This document shows positions 9,902 to 19,904 of a DNA stretch of 64,000 nucleotides, one piece after another. The notes beneath the pieces were generated by a model that made no database searches, was not told where the DNA came from, and was given only the letters and a program-made list of their open reading frames with translations. Every line of letters begins with the position of its first letter. The stretch's first letter is position 1. Origin of the DNA: Candidatus Micrarchaeota archaeon (GTDB lineage: Archaea > Micrarchaeota > Micrarchaeia > Anstonellales > Bilamarchaeaceae); NCBI GenBank assembly GCA_043812915.1, contig JBDRLQ010000016.1, forward strand, positions 49,909 to 113,908, written 5' to 3'. Made by a program: the position numbers and the translations under genes.

Positions 9902-12900
9902 ATGCGAGCCAACGTTGTAATGATTCTGACCATGGTTTTAGTGTTTTCCTCCCTGGGATTCGCCCAGTTCACATTCGGCCCGGGAGACCCGGCAAACGAT
10001 TGCAGCAACCCTGCATTCGGGACTATGACCTTTGCTGCCTCAGGCACATATACCTGGGTGGGCGGCCCTAGTATGTTATATGACAACACTACAGGCTCTG
10101 GCCCTAACGGGTTCAATTGCATAGATGTGGTGGCTTCCGATGTGGTCATAGACTGCATGAACAATGTTATTGATGGCAGCGCAGGTAATGGTGACATCGG
10201 CATATATATCGCATTGGGAGTTGACAACGTCACAATCAGGAACTGTGTCATACAGGAATTCGGATGGGGGTCCGCTGGCGGGGCAGGGCACAGGCTAGCT
10301 GTCGGCAACATATTCGTTGATGGTGCGACAGATGTCGTGCTGGACAGTTCAAACCTCACATTCATCTTCTCTTCGCCCGGCTTGGGGGACCATATCGCCT
10401 ACAATGCCCTAATATCTACGTCAGGGCTCACGCTGAACAATTCGCATCTTCTGACGTTCATGCCCCCTGTCCCTGGATCCAATGCGGCAGGCATAGCAGG
10501 CAGGCTTGCCGATGGCTCGCAAATATCGGCGCCTGTTGATGATGTCACAATTGAGGCCTCAAGCATCGAGCAACAGCCGACACACGGCGCTTGGATAGAT
10601 GGCGACAACGTGCAGGTTTATGGCGGGAGCATATTCGAATGGAATACTCTTAATGGCCTTTACATTAACGGTGCGAATGATTACATCGAGGGCAACACTT
10701 TTAATAACAATATGGGGACCGGGCTTGTGATGTCCAATGCTTATAATTCGCAGGTTCTCTCCAATGACATGATTGGGAACGGCAATTACGGTGCTGCCTT
10801 CGTCCTTGCGGAGGATGTTTATTTCTTTGACAACAACGCCTCGAACAATGGGGGCGGAGGCCTTATCATCGAGGAATCGGAAAATATCACCGCAGAGGAA
10901 AATGAGATGAGCGGAAACACGGATGAAGGAATCTGGGTGGAATCCTCCGGAGTTGCGAATACGGACATCCATATCCTCTCCAATATTATATACGATAATG
11001 ACTATGGAATTGTGATGGAGAATTCCGTTGATTCTGAAATCGACGGAAATGAAATCTGGGACATCAACAATGCGGGAATCCACCTTGAGGGCGTCGACCC
11101 GACAACCGTAAGCGACAATGACGTGGCATTGTGCGACCAGGGCATCTACGCATGCGACGTGCAGTACGTCACTTTCGAATGGAATGAGATTCATGACAAC
11201 TCAAATGAGGGTTTCTATCTTGAAGTTGGATGCGACCCGGGAGCGGTGAATGAGTACATCACCTTCGACAACAACGAAATATACAGCAACGGTGATGACG
11301 GAATCTACGCGGCATACACAGACTACATAACGATGACTGACAACCAGGTATATGGCCACGGCTCAAGCGATGGTGCGGAGCTTTACTGGTGCTATGCGCC
11401 CGAGATATATAGTGACAATAACTTCTCGCTGAACAGCGACAACGGCCTTTACCTCAACACATGGTGCGATGATGCGGTCGTCTACGACAACACGTTCTCA
11501 GACAATGATTTCGGCTTCAGGATGTACGACGGGTTCAACCTGTATCTCTATGACAACCGGTTCTGGGACAATGACGGCTCAGCAGGTGCATACATAGTCG
11601 ATTCCGACACCATCAATATTTACGACAACGAATTCCTTGGGAACAGTTATGGTGTCTATGCGGACCCGACCACCAGCATAAACATCACAGGAAATACGAT
11701 AAACGACAGCACGAATTCAGGAATATACTACGACACCATTATGACGAGCTATATCTACAACAACTATGTAGGGTACAGTGGGGATGATGGAATTGAAATA
11801 ACAGCTTCCGACTCTGTAGACATTATAGACAATGTTGTGGAGGAAACCAGCTCTGGGGACTGTGTTTACATAGTTAATAGCCCCCTTTCCAATATCAATG
11901 GCAACACGCTCAGGTACTGCGACAGCGACGGAATCGAGCTTGATAATGCGGAGTTTACGACCATCGACCCCAATTATATACATGACTGCGGGGATAATGG
12001 TATCTACGTGGCGGGCGGTTCTGATTCTGTGACGATAGACGGCAACTTCATATATGACAACCAGATTGGTCTCTACATGGAGGACGGCCTTGCAACCGTC
12101 ACCAACAATGAGGTATATGACAATGACGAGCAGGGCATATACCTGGATGGAGCATACGATGGCGTCTTTGAGGACAACATTGTCTACGACAACGGCTATT
12201 CTGGCTATTACTTGGACATCAACGCTAACGGTAACACGTTCACCGATGATGTCCTTTATGGAAACGGCTATGACTGTGTTTTTGACTGGGATCCAGAATG
12301 CTATGGATTCTATATAGCCAACAGCGATGATCCTGAGCTGATTAATGTTGTTTCGCGCGACTCCTGGGCAGGGGTGTGGTTCTCGACAGTGAACAGCCCA
12401 ATTCTGACTGATGTACGGGTTTACGGGAACACTGAGGATTCTCTGTATATGGAAGGGGCCACAAATATAGATTTCACTAGGGTCGAGCTCTACAACAACG
12501 GCGGATACGGTTTCTACTTCGATTCTGCCAGCACTGGAACAATGACTGACTGTACAGTCCACGACAACGGGCCAGCAGTGTATGGTATTGAGCTGTATGG
12601 CGCCAGTGACATCACTGCGGACAACCTGCAGATATACAACCATGTGGATGCATGGCTGTATGTCGAGTCCGGTTCCACGCTTGACACAACTGACCTGACA
12701 ATCGGCTACAATACTTTATATGGCGCCGACTGGCCCCCAACCACAATCTTTGACGGGGCTCAGAACACTGACATCTATGACACCAACTTCCTTATCGGGC
12801 CTGACTTCGTCTCAATGGACAGCACCGACCCGGATACGGATGAGATGAATGTCGCAGGTGTCACTTTGAGGACCCAGGTCGGAGGATGCACTGGCATCAC

Positions 12901-14011
12901 TTATTATCATGCGGCAGGTTTCCCTGCAGATGCGGATGAGGTGATTGCAACCGGGGCGCCATTCACTCCAGGCACCAAAGGGTGCGTCGGTTCTGTTGCG
13001 ACCTATGAGGCTTCACTGAACTTCTCAGGATACACCGCAGGGGGGACTCTCTCATCCAGCGGTGGAAGCTCTGCAGAGACCAAGAGAATGACGGTCGAGT
13101 CAGAGATTCTCTGCCCGGGCGATGAGGTGGAACTCACAGTCACACACAGCGGTTCGCCAGTTGTTGGAGTGAATGTTGAGCTCACCCAGTACAACCCGTA
13201 TATGGGGGTTGTCGCAAGCGGCACCACCGACAGCAATGGGAAGGTGACCCTTGACCTGCCTGCTAGCGGTGTCTACAGGGCTCATCTGAGCAAATCAGGC
13301 TATACTTACCTCAATCCGTATGTCTTTGAGCACTCCTTGTGCTCAGGGATGGCGCCTGGCGCCTGCAGGACGGATTCCGGATGCGCCCCTGCCGAAGCCT
13401 GCGTGGCTGGCAGCTGTGTCGCCCTTACAGGCGACTGCGGCTATGCCTCGGGGCATGTCTGGATTGACTATGGGTGCTGCTCCAATGCGGACTGCGCGGC
13501 CGGAACAAGCTGCGTGGGCCACGTTTGCATGAGTCCTGAGGAGGAAGTTCATGAAGGCGCTCCAGGGGAAGGCACAACGCCTCCGGGAGAGGTAATCGCG
13601 GAAGAGGATGCAGATGCTGCTGCAGCGGCCCTGACAGCGCTTGATGAAGCCACCGGAGCAATCTGGGAGGCTGACCAGGCCGGGAAGGACACAACTGCCG
13701 CCAAAGCGAAGTTCATGGAGGCCCAGAATGCCTACAACTCAGGCGACTATGCCAAAGCCAAGGAACTTGCCGAGGAAGCCAAGAGATTAGCTAATGAAGC
13801 CGCGGCGCCTGCGGAGGGTGCAATTCCTGAAGCGGGCGTTGAAGGGCAGCCTACGGCTGGACAGCCGCCAGCAGCGTCTTCAGGCGGACCTGGCATGCTT
13901 CTCATAATAGTGGGCGTGGTAATCCTTATCGCTCTTGGGGCCGGTGCATACTGGCTCCTTGGCCAGGGCAAGCCAAAGGGCGGCTACAAGCCAAAAGGCG
14001 GCAGCCAGTAA
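9902..14011 (+). CDS. Large cell-surface right-handed parallel beta-helix (NosD/pectin-lyase-like) protein with C-terminal membrane anchor
   Basis: Signal peptide; dozens of ~22-23-aa N.I.DN...GI repeats; Ig-like segment; Cys-rich module; helical stalk; TM helix and Lys-rich tail. Confidence 0.85.
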   Translation: MRANVVMILTMVLVFSSLGFAQFTFGPGDPANDCSNPAFGTMTFAASGTYTWVGGPSMLYDNTTGSGPNGFNCIDVVASDVVIDCMNNVIDGSAGNGDIGIYIALGVDNVTIRNCVIQEFGWGSAGGAGHRLAVGNIFVDGATDVVLDSSNLTFIFSSPGLGDHIAYNALISTSGLTLNNSHLLTFMPPVPGSNAAGIAGRLADGSQISAPVDDVTIEASSIEQQPTHGAWIDGDNVQVYGGSIFEWNTLNGLYINGANDYIEGNTFNNNMGTGLVMSNAYNSQVLSNDMIGNGNYGAAFVLAEDVYFFDNNASNNGGGGLIIEESENITAEENEMSGNTDEGIWVESSGVANTDIHILSNIIYDNDYGIVMENSVDSEIDGNEIWDINNAGIHLEGVDPTTVSDNDVALCDQGIYACDVQYVTFEWNEIHDNSNEGFYLEVGCDPGAVNEYITFDNNEIYSNGDDGIYAAYTDYITMTDNQVYGHGSSDGAELYWCYAPEIYSDNNFSLNSDNGLYLNTWCDDAVVYDNTFSDNDFGFRMYDGFNLYLYDNRFWDNDGSAGAYIVDSDTINIYDNEFLGNSYGVYADPTTSINITGNTINDSTNSGIYYDTIMTSYIYNNYVGYSGDDGIEITASDSVDIIDNVVEETSSGDCVYIVNSPLSNINGNTLRYCDSDGIELDNAEFTTIDPNYIHDCGDNGIYVAGGSDSVTIDGNFIYDNQIGLYMEDGLATVTNNEVYDNDEQGIYLDGAYDGVFEDNIVYDNGYSGYYLDINANGNTFTDDVLYGNGYDCVFDWDPECYGFYIANSDDPELINVVSRDSWAGVWFSTVNSPILTDVRVYGNTEDSLYMEGATNIDFTRVELYNNGGYGFYFDSASTGTMTDCTVHDNGPAVYGIELYGASDITADNLQIYNHVDAWLYVESGSTLDTTDLTIGYNTLYGADWPPTTIFDGAQNTDIYDTNFLIGPDFVSMDSTDPDTDEMNVAGVTLRTQVGGCTGITYYHAAGFPADADEVIATGAPFTPGTKGCVGSVATYEASLNFSGYTAGGTLSSSGGSSAETKRMTVESEILCPGDEVELTVTHSGSPVVGVNVELTQYNPYMGVVASGTTDSNGKVTLDLPASGVYRAHLSKSGYTYLNPYVFEHSLCSGMAPGACRTDSGCAPAEACVAGSCVALTGDCGYASGHVWIDYGCCSNADCAAGTSCVGHVCMSPEEEVHEGAPGEGTTPPGEVIAEEDADAAAAALTALDEATGAIWEADQAGKDTTAAKAKFMEAQNAYNSGDYAKAKELAEEAKRLANEAAAPAEGAIPEAGVEGQPTAGQPPAASSGGPGMLLIIVGVVILIALGAGAYWLLGQGKPKGGYKPKGGSQ

Positions 14012-14027
14012 GAAACAGGTGACTGAT

Positions 14028-14492
14028 ATGAAAAAAATATTGGCAATTTTCGGATTTCTTCTCCTTTCAGGAGTGGGCTTCGCGGCAATCGGCCCGATAA
14101 TAGTAAGGCCCCCGGTTCCAACCGACCCTTTCCTGCAGGCCAGGTTCAATAATGCGGATTGTTGGGCTGGCTATGGAATGGACATAATCAGCGATGCGCA
14201 GGGCTATTATCCAGACCCGCCCCCGGCGCCCGCGTACTTGCAGACGATTAGTGATGAGATATTCGCCCAGAGGGACATCTTGGCCGGTTATCTCGTCGAC
14301 GAAAATGTCGTCGCCTTCAATGCGCAGTACCTGGTCGTAATGAGCTATGTGCAGCAGGCCAAGGCGGCTTACAGGACCGAGGCAAGATATGCCATAGGGC
14401 AGGGCTGGGAAGCCCGCGGGGACATAATAACTGATTTTAATGGCCAGAGGAGCAACCTCATCAGCTGCCTTGCTATGCCGGTTCCAGGATAA
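14028..14492 (+). CDS. Hypothetical secreted protein
   Basis: GGTGA ribosome-binding site before ATG 14028; signal peptide MKKILAIFGFLLLSGVGFA; T-rich tract follows. Confidence 0.7.
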   Translation: MKKILAIFGFLLLSGVGFAAIGPIIVRPPVPTDPFLQARFNNADCWAGYGMDIISDAQGYYPDPPPAPAYLQTISDEIFAQRDILAGYLVDENVVAFNAQYLVVMSYVQQAKAAYRTEARYAIGQGWEARGDIITDFNGQRSNLISCLAMPVPG

Positions 14493-14508
14493 TTTTTTTC
14501 CTTTTTTT

Positions 14509-15790
14509 GGCTCTTCTCCCAAGTTAGGATAAAATGTATGGTGTATTTCATGAAGTTTGGAGACAAACATGAAACACAACCATACGTCTGTAATCAGGAA
14601 CTTATATGCTTTTAAGGGCTTCCGAATTTCCCAGGTTTTTCTCACTGAAAAAGAGCTCAGGATTTTCCTGGAAAAAACAGTGAAAACTGGCATCTGTCCG
14701 GCTTGTGGAAAAAGATGCAGGAAGATTGAAGACATGTATGAACGCACGGCCAGAGATCTTGACTGTGTCGGCAGGATTGCTTTCATCACTTTCAAACAAT
14801 ACAAGATCAGGTGTGGCTGTGGCTACAGAGGAATAGAAGAATTGGGTTTCCTCGATAAATACAGCTTCTGCACGAAAAGACTTGAGGAATATGTCTTTCT
14901 CCTCTGCCAGAAGATGAGCATCAAGGATGCTGCCCAGCTATGCAAGCTGAATTGGAAGACTGTGAAGAACATCGACAAGAAGTATCTACGGCAGCTTGTT
15001 ACTCCCCTGTCAGAACTCAGCCCCAAGAGGATTGGTGTTGATGAGATTTCCCATGAGAAAAGACACAAGTACCTGACTGTTGTGAGGGATCTTGATCTGA
15101 AGAGAGTAATCTGGGTTGGCAAGGGCAGAAGAAAAGAAACCCTGGATGAATTCTTCTCAGAGCTTGGAGAAAAGAAGGCCAGGCGTATTAGGGTAGCTGT
15201 GATGGACATGCATGATCCCTATATCGCCTCTGTGAGTGAGAACTGTCCTGATGCAGACATTATCTTCGATAAATTCCATATCAGCAAGAAGGTGAACGAA
15301 GCCCTGGACTCTGTGAGGAAAAAGGAGTTTGGCAGGGCAGATGCCCAAGAGAGGAAAAACATGAAGAGGAAGCGTTTCCTCATCCTGAGCAGGAAGAAAC
15401 GCCTGGATGATGAGCAAAAAGAAACAGTTGAGGACCTCAAGAGGATAAATGCCCGTCTTTATGAGGCATATCTGCTGAAGGAGCAGGTCCTGGACATCTT
15501 TGATGAAAAAAGAAATCATGACTGCATTATCCAGATTTATCAGGTGGTCCACCAACGTAGAAAAATCAGGTTTTGTTGTTTTTCAGAAAGTTGTGAAAAC
15601 ACTCAAGAATTATTTTTATGGGATAATGAACTACTTTTACTACAGAATAACCAATGCTGCATCTGAAGGATTCAACAACAAGATAAATGTCATCAAGAGA
15701 AGGGCGTATGGCTTCAGGGATTTGGAGTACTTCATGCTGAAAATCCTGCAAAGTTGTGGCTTGAGGTCATCCTAAAGTCGGAGAAGAGCC
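14509..15790 (+). mobile_element. ISL3-family insertion sequence (1282 bp)
   Basis: Terminal inverted repeats GGCTCTTCTCCCAAGTTAGGAT (14509-14530) and ATCCTAAAGTCGGAGAAGAGCC (15769-15790), 19/22 match; contains an ISL3 transposase. Confidence 0.9.
14569..15775 (+). pseudogene. ISL3 transposase, split by a +1 frameshift in the A run at 15506-15511
   Basis: CPACG zinc finger, IGVDE, MDMH..Y and FDKFH in one frame; TNAASEGFNNKINVIKRRAYGFR in the +1 frame (15500-15775). Confidence 0.85.
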
Positions 15791-15829
15791 TTTATATTTT
15801 TTTGTATCCAACCCTATTGCTGTGATAAT

Positions 15830-16714
15830 ATGGCAGGCGTAAGTAGGGCAATTCGGCCAATTGATTCTGATTTACAACAGATGCAGCAGTCATTCAACCA
15901 GCTCTTTAGGGCCTTTCATATCCCTCCTGCTGACCGTGCAATTGTTCAGCTTAGGGTAAATCGGTACATCGATGATCTTATTTTCAATGTCGGTTTTGAT
16001 GGCCGCCTTGCCCACTTTGATTCTATCCTTCCTTCTGAATTGCAATCATCTTCAGACGGTTTTGCAGATAGGAGGGCTGCACTCTCTTCAGTAGAAATAA
16101 CTTCTACAATTGTCAGTTCTATCGCCCGGGCACATCGGGAAAATCCAGGAGGACGTGACTTCTATTTTGTCTCGGCTCCAACAAGGGATGGCGATGTGAC
16201 ACGTGTTATGGATGAATTCGCGGTTCCTGCAAGTGAAAGGGATTCAACACATGTTCTTTTGGAAGAGCTGGAAATCCCAGGCCGCTTTAGGGCTGATATT
16301 CTTGCCTGTGCCTTGATTATTGAGCGGGGGCATTATCCAAGCCCAAGAAATTTCATGGGCAACTTCCCCTCAACATTCCCTGAATCCCGAGACTGGAGCA
16401 TCAGGGCGGCTTGGACATATTTTACCCGTCTTGTTAATAGTGCCGAAATAAGTAATGAAAGAATCCCGATACTTGGCGGAGCCACCCTTCGTGATAGGCT
16501 GATGCCATCTTTTAGGGAGGTGTTCAATATCCTTGATTCTCTGGCACAAGGAAACGTATCAAGAGAAGAAGCATATTCTGGGGCTATCGAGGCTCTTCGC
16601 AGGTATAATAATTATTCAGTATTTCCTGGATTTTTAGGGCATTTCCCCCCGGTGCTTTTAGAAATAGGGACTTCGATTGTCAGGGATTCTGTGCCACGAA
16701 GAGTGAATCCATAA
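15830..16714 (+). CDS. Hypothetical protein (AT-richer orphan)
   Basis: 294-aa ORF with visibly more T/A-ending codons than core genes. Confidence 0.6.
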   Translation: MAGVSRAIRPIDSDLQQMQQSFNQLFRAFHIPPADRAIVQLRVNRYIDDLIFNVGFDGRLAHFDSILPSELQSSSDGFADRRAALSSVEITSTIVSSIARAHRENPGGRDFYFVSAPTRDGDVTRVMDEFAVPASERDSTHVLLEELEIPGRFRADILACALIIERGHYPSPRNFMGNFPSTFPESRDWSIRAAWTYFTRLVNSAEISNERIPILGGATLRDRLMPSFREVFNILDSLAQGNVSREEAYSGAIEALRRYNNYSVFPGFLGHFPPVLLEIGTSIVRDSVPRRVNP

Positions 16715-16740
16715 ATCTAAGAAAAAAGATTTTGAACAGA

Positions 16741-17001
16741 CTATTCTCCGTCAGTCCCCTCATCAACTATGGTCCCTTCCGGAGCTTCAGGTGCATTTCC
16801 GGGAGGACACAGATATGCATTTCCGCATTCAGGGGCATCGAATTCTCCTGCCTCCTGCAGTCTCCTCCAGGAAGGGCATGCGGCGTTCTCGCATCCGGTA
16901 ATCCCACCCATGCCCATTAAGCCCATGTAGACGCCTATCTGGTTCCATCCAGGGTCATTCTAGTCCTCAAAACTGAGTTTGAAGCGGTCTACATAGTCTA
17001 A
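16741..17001 (-). pseudogene. Decayed orphan copy of the C-terminus of the 17138-19852 lipoprotein
   Basis: LDYVDRFKLSFED*NDPGWNQIGVYMGLMG...GCENAACPSWRRLQEAGEFDAPE aligns with IDYVYSCKLNYYDKTDSGYNKLAVYMSLMG...GCENVACPSWRRLQEGGDFDVPE. In-frame TAG at 16960-16962. Confidence 0.85.
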
Positions 17002-17137
17002 TTATTAATTTCTTCTTATTTTCCTTTTTTGCACGCCGCAAGTGTCTTAGTCGAGCCAGATCAATAAAATGAACAGGCTCATCCATATTCATTTAGATTG
17101 GGAATTAAGAGCCAATGATCAGCTGAATGGCTTACAC

Positions 17138-19852
17138 TCATTCCCCTTCTTCTTCCTCATCATCAAAATCAGGCACAGAGCCCGGTGGCTCGCTCTCGTA
17201 GTGGGCGTATGGGCTTTCCTCAGGCACATCGAAGTCGCCACCTTCCTGGAGCCTCCTCCAGCTCGGGCACGCGACATTCTCGCAGCCTCCGGCTCCAAGC
17301 TCACCCTCGCTGTTGTATCCCATCAGGCTCATGTATACCGCAAGCTTGTTGTAGCCAGAGTCCGTCTTGTCATAATAGTTGAGCTTGCAGCTGTACACGT
17401 AATCTATGAAGTCCTGGATTCCCCAGCAGTATGGTTGTTCGTCCTTCATGTCGCCCTCAGCGTGGCATGCCGCCAGGTATAACGGGCTGACGCAGTCCGC
17501 GTTTGTCCAGTCCTTCCTCTCCTCGAATTCGGTTATCCAGACCGCTCCCTGGTCGTTCCCCCAGGTTCCGAAATAAATGTGCCCTGCGATGTAGTACTCA
17601 AGCACCCTCTCCTTGTCAGGATTGTCCCTGATTCCGAAGAGGTCTCCATCATCCCCCCGGGTTCTGTACTTGTCAACTACCTGGCCCGCCATTTCCACAG
17701 CTCGCGCAATGTCATAAGTCCCCATGCAGGCTGAGTCCGCGGGGTCGAAGGGGTTGAAATCATAGCCGCACTGGGTGATTGCCCGATCAGGGTTGTCGGC
17801 AGTCCTTCTGTTCTGGCCAGTTCCGCCATCCCTGGTCTGCACCGCGTCGATGAACTGGTCCTCATACACCCCGCAATCGGATGGCGAGTCCTCGTAGATG
17901 CAGAACTCCTCCCTCGGCCAGAATGTGTAGGGGCTGGTCATGGTCTGCATAAGCCCTGTCGCCATCCATCTCCAAGATGGGGTTTCCCCTGCCGCATCCG
18001 GATCGGGCTGGGGCTCAAGATTGTAATTGCATTCTCCGCTTGGGTCTTCCATGAAATTGTATCCAGCGCTGTATTTTCCGGGAATGCACCTGCTCGGGCA
18101 GTCTGTCCCGCTCCTGCATGAGCAGGCGGCGGCGCACATGTCCATTCCGCCCTCTGCAATCGCGACAGCGCGCGCATATAGCGGATCGATGTTATGCGTG
18201 CTTGCCCAGCTATCTATCATCGGATAGGCCGTGCAGGCAATCTCCATGTCTGTAAGCCCTGGGAAGCGCTCACGCGTTTCGGCAGACACGCTGACTCCCC
18301 TTGGCTCTATTATCCCTGCATAGGGGAACTCAAGCTGTTCGTTCATGCACGCGTCGCAGCGCACATAGGGCTCCATGGGTTCGAAAAGGTCAGGGGTCAT
18401 GGGAGAGCCGAAATCCCGCAGCCCTCCGGCGCCATATTGCATGTGCAGCAGGCTGTCCCACTGCTCGTTGAAGTTGCATCTGCCACCTGTCTGGTTAGGG
18501 AAAACAATGGGTATCCCGGGGGTTGGCGAGAATTCCCCTGCGCAGCAGTCCTGCTCAGGATTGGCCGCGCAGTCGGCGCAGCTTGTCTCCACCCTCATTA
18601 TGCCTGTGAATCCCTGGCACCCTCCGAACCAGCTCTGCATCCGATCGATGTTCTTTCCGATTGAGCAGTCCTCGCAGCTCATCGGATTCCCGCGCATGCC
18701 TCCAAGCGTTGAATTGAAATCATATGGTGAGGCGCCTATTACCCCGGTCTCAAGGAAAGCTGGCAGGTTGGGGAAGAAAGCGTTATAGCCCCGAATCATC
18801 TCTGCCTCTGTCCATTCGCACTCGACTGAGCCATCCTCATTGAGCACCTCTCCGCCCGAGTCGAAGAGCATGTATGGCATTACCGTCGGCTTCTTGAACG
18901 TCTGCCAGACGAAGGAAGAGAAGTTGTAGGCATCAAGGTACAAGTCGTTGTAATCGCAGGAGTGCGCCCTGTGGCTGTTCATCCCGAAGGCCACAAGGTC
19001 GAAGTTCTCGGACCGCGGATCCTCAAGAGTGGCCTGCACTCCGGTAATATCATCCATCCTGGCTCCGAGGGCCACCATGCAGTACACCTCGCCGTCCCTT
19101 CCATTGGGGCACTGGTCCTTCATGGCCACGGCCTGCTCAAGAACGAGCTCCCTGGTGGCATCGTCCGATAAATCTGCGTCCATCTCTGTTGTGATTATGA
19201 TTGGCCCGACAGGCCCCCAGAGCTGCCCGTGGGTCACCGATGAGCCCCCGTGATACAAGGTATCCGCTATCGCTCCTGCCCTCGTGACATTAGGCGCCCC
19301 GCCGCTATATAGCACATAGACCGGCATGACCTCCTTGTCAAGAAGGCAGATTGCCCTTGAGGGGTCAACGTCGCTGTACTGGGCGGTCTCCACATCGCCA
19401 ATCAGCCACTGCACGGCCATCTTCAGCTGGTTGTTGCACCAGCGGTTGGCCTCGCCGAAATCAGCGAAGGTGGGCCCGGCGCCAACCATGAAGTGGCGTA
19501 TCCCCATGTCGCTGATGCTGCCGTTGGTAAGGTAATTATACCTCTCCTGGCTCGCCTCATACCTCTCAGCAGGATCATCAATATGCGTGGTGCCGGCAAG
19601 GTTCTCGAACCTGCAGTCGGCGCCGACAAAAGAAGTGAAAACCCCCCAGATGTTGCTGGAGTTCGTGCATACCATCGCCCAGCACTCTACATCGCCGCAT
19701 ATGTCCACCTCTGCAGGGTCATATAACGGCACTCTCCCATGCTCGGCGAGCCTGTCCGCCCAGTTTTCGCTGTAGTCATTGCCGCCGCTTATCCGGTCGA
19801 CACAGCCGGCAGCCAGCAGTATCAGCAGTATTGGCAATATCACTCTTCTCAT
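17138..19852 (-). CDS. 904-aa lipoprotein with lytic transglycosylase (SLT/lysozyme-like) motifs and a possible N-terminal glycoside-hydrolase-like domain
   Basis: Lipobox LLAAGC; IDSWASTHNIDPLYARAVAIAEGG, ATGLMQ and NPFDPADSACMG..DI in SLT order; many Cys; acidic tail. Confidence 0.65.
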   Translation of the reverse strand: MRRVILPILLILLAAGCVDRISGGNDYSENWADRLAEHGRVPLYDPAEVDICGDVECWAMVCTNSSNIWGVFTSFVGADCRFENLAGTTHIDDPAERYEASQERYNYLTNGSISDMGIRHFMVGAGPTFADFGEANRWCNNQLKMAVQWLIGDVETAQYSDVDPSRAICLLDKEVMPVYVLYSGGAPNVTRAGAIADTLYHGGSSVTHGQLWGPVGPIIITTEMDADLSDDATRELVLEQAVAMKDQCPNGRDGEVYCMVALGARMDDITGVQATLEDPRSENFDLVAFGMNSHRAHSCDYNDLYLDAYNFSSFVWQTFKKPTVMPYMLFDSGGEVLNEDGSVECEWTEAEMIRGYNAFFPNLPAFLETGVIGASPYDFNSTLGGMRGNPMSCEDCSIGKNIDRMQSWFGGCQGFTGIMRVETSCADCAANPEQDCCAGEFSPTPGIPIVFPNQTGGRCNFNEQWDSLLHMQYGAGGLRDFGSPMTPDLFEPMEPYVRCDACMNEQLEFPYAGIIEPRGVSVSAETRERFPGLTDMEIACTAYPMIDSWASTHNIDPLYARAVAIAEGGMDMCAAACSCRSGTDCPSRCIPGKYSAGYNFMEDPSGECNYNLEPQPDPDAAGETPSWRWMATGLMQTMTSPYTFWPREEFCIYEDSPSDCGVYEDQFIDAVQTRDGGTGQNRRTADNPDRAITQCGYDFNPFDPADSACMGTYDIARAVEMAGQVVDKYRTRGDDGDLFGIRDNPDKERVLEYYIAGHIYFGTWGNDQGAVWITEFEERKDWTNADCVSPLYLAACHAEGDMKDEQPYCWGIQDFIDYVYSCKLNYYDKTDSGYNKLAVYMSLMGYNSEGELGAGGCENVACPSWRRLQEGGDFDVPEESPYAHYESEPPGSVPDFDDEEEEGE

Positions 19853-19904
19853 GAGAGAAACCTCTAATAGATAAGAAAAAGGAACAAAAAAGAATAAAAA
19901 GAAG

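Noticed and set aside
15500..15515. Programmed -1 frameshift at AAAAAAG in the transposase
   Set aside because: The downstream ORF is in the +1 frame, not -1.
16960..16962. TAG read-through (pyrrolysine or recoded stop)
   Set aside because: TAG is used as a normal stop elsewhere (e.g. top6A, aIF-2 beta), and the fragment has no start or upstream coding region.
17095..17113. GGCTCTT...TCCCAA on the minus strand resembling an extra ISL3 end
   Set aside because: Only 7 contiguous terminal bases match and the rest needs a gap; may be chance.
16741..17420. Template/variable repeat pair of a diversity-generating retroelement
   Set aside because: Differences are mostly synonymous and not adenine-specific, indels are present, and no reverse transcriptase is in the window.
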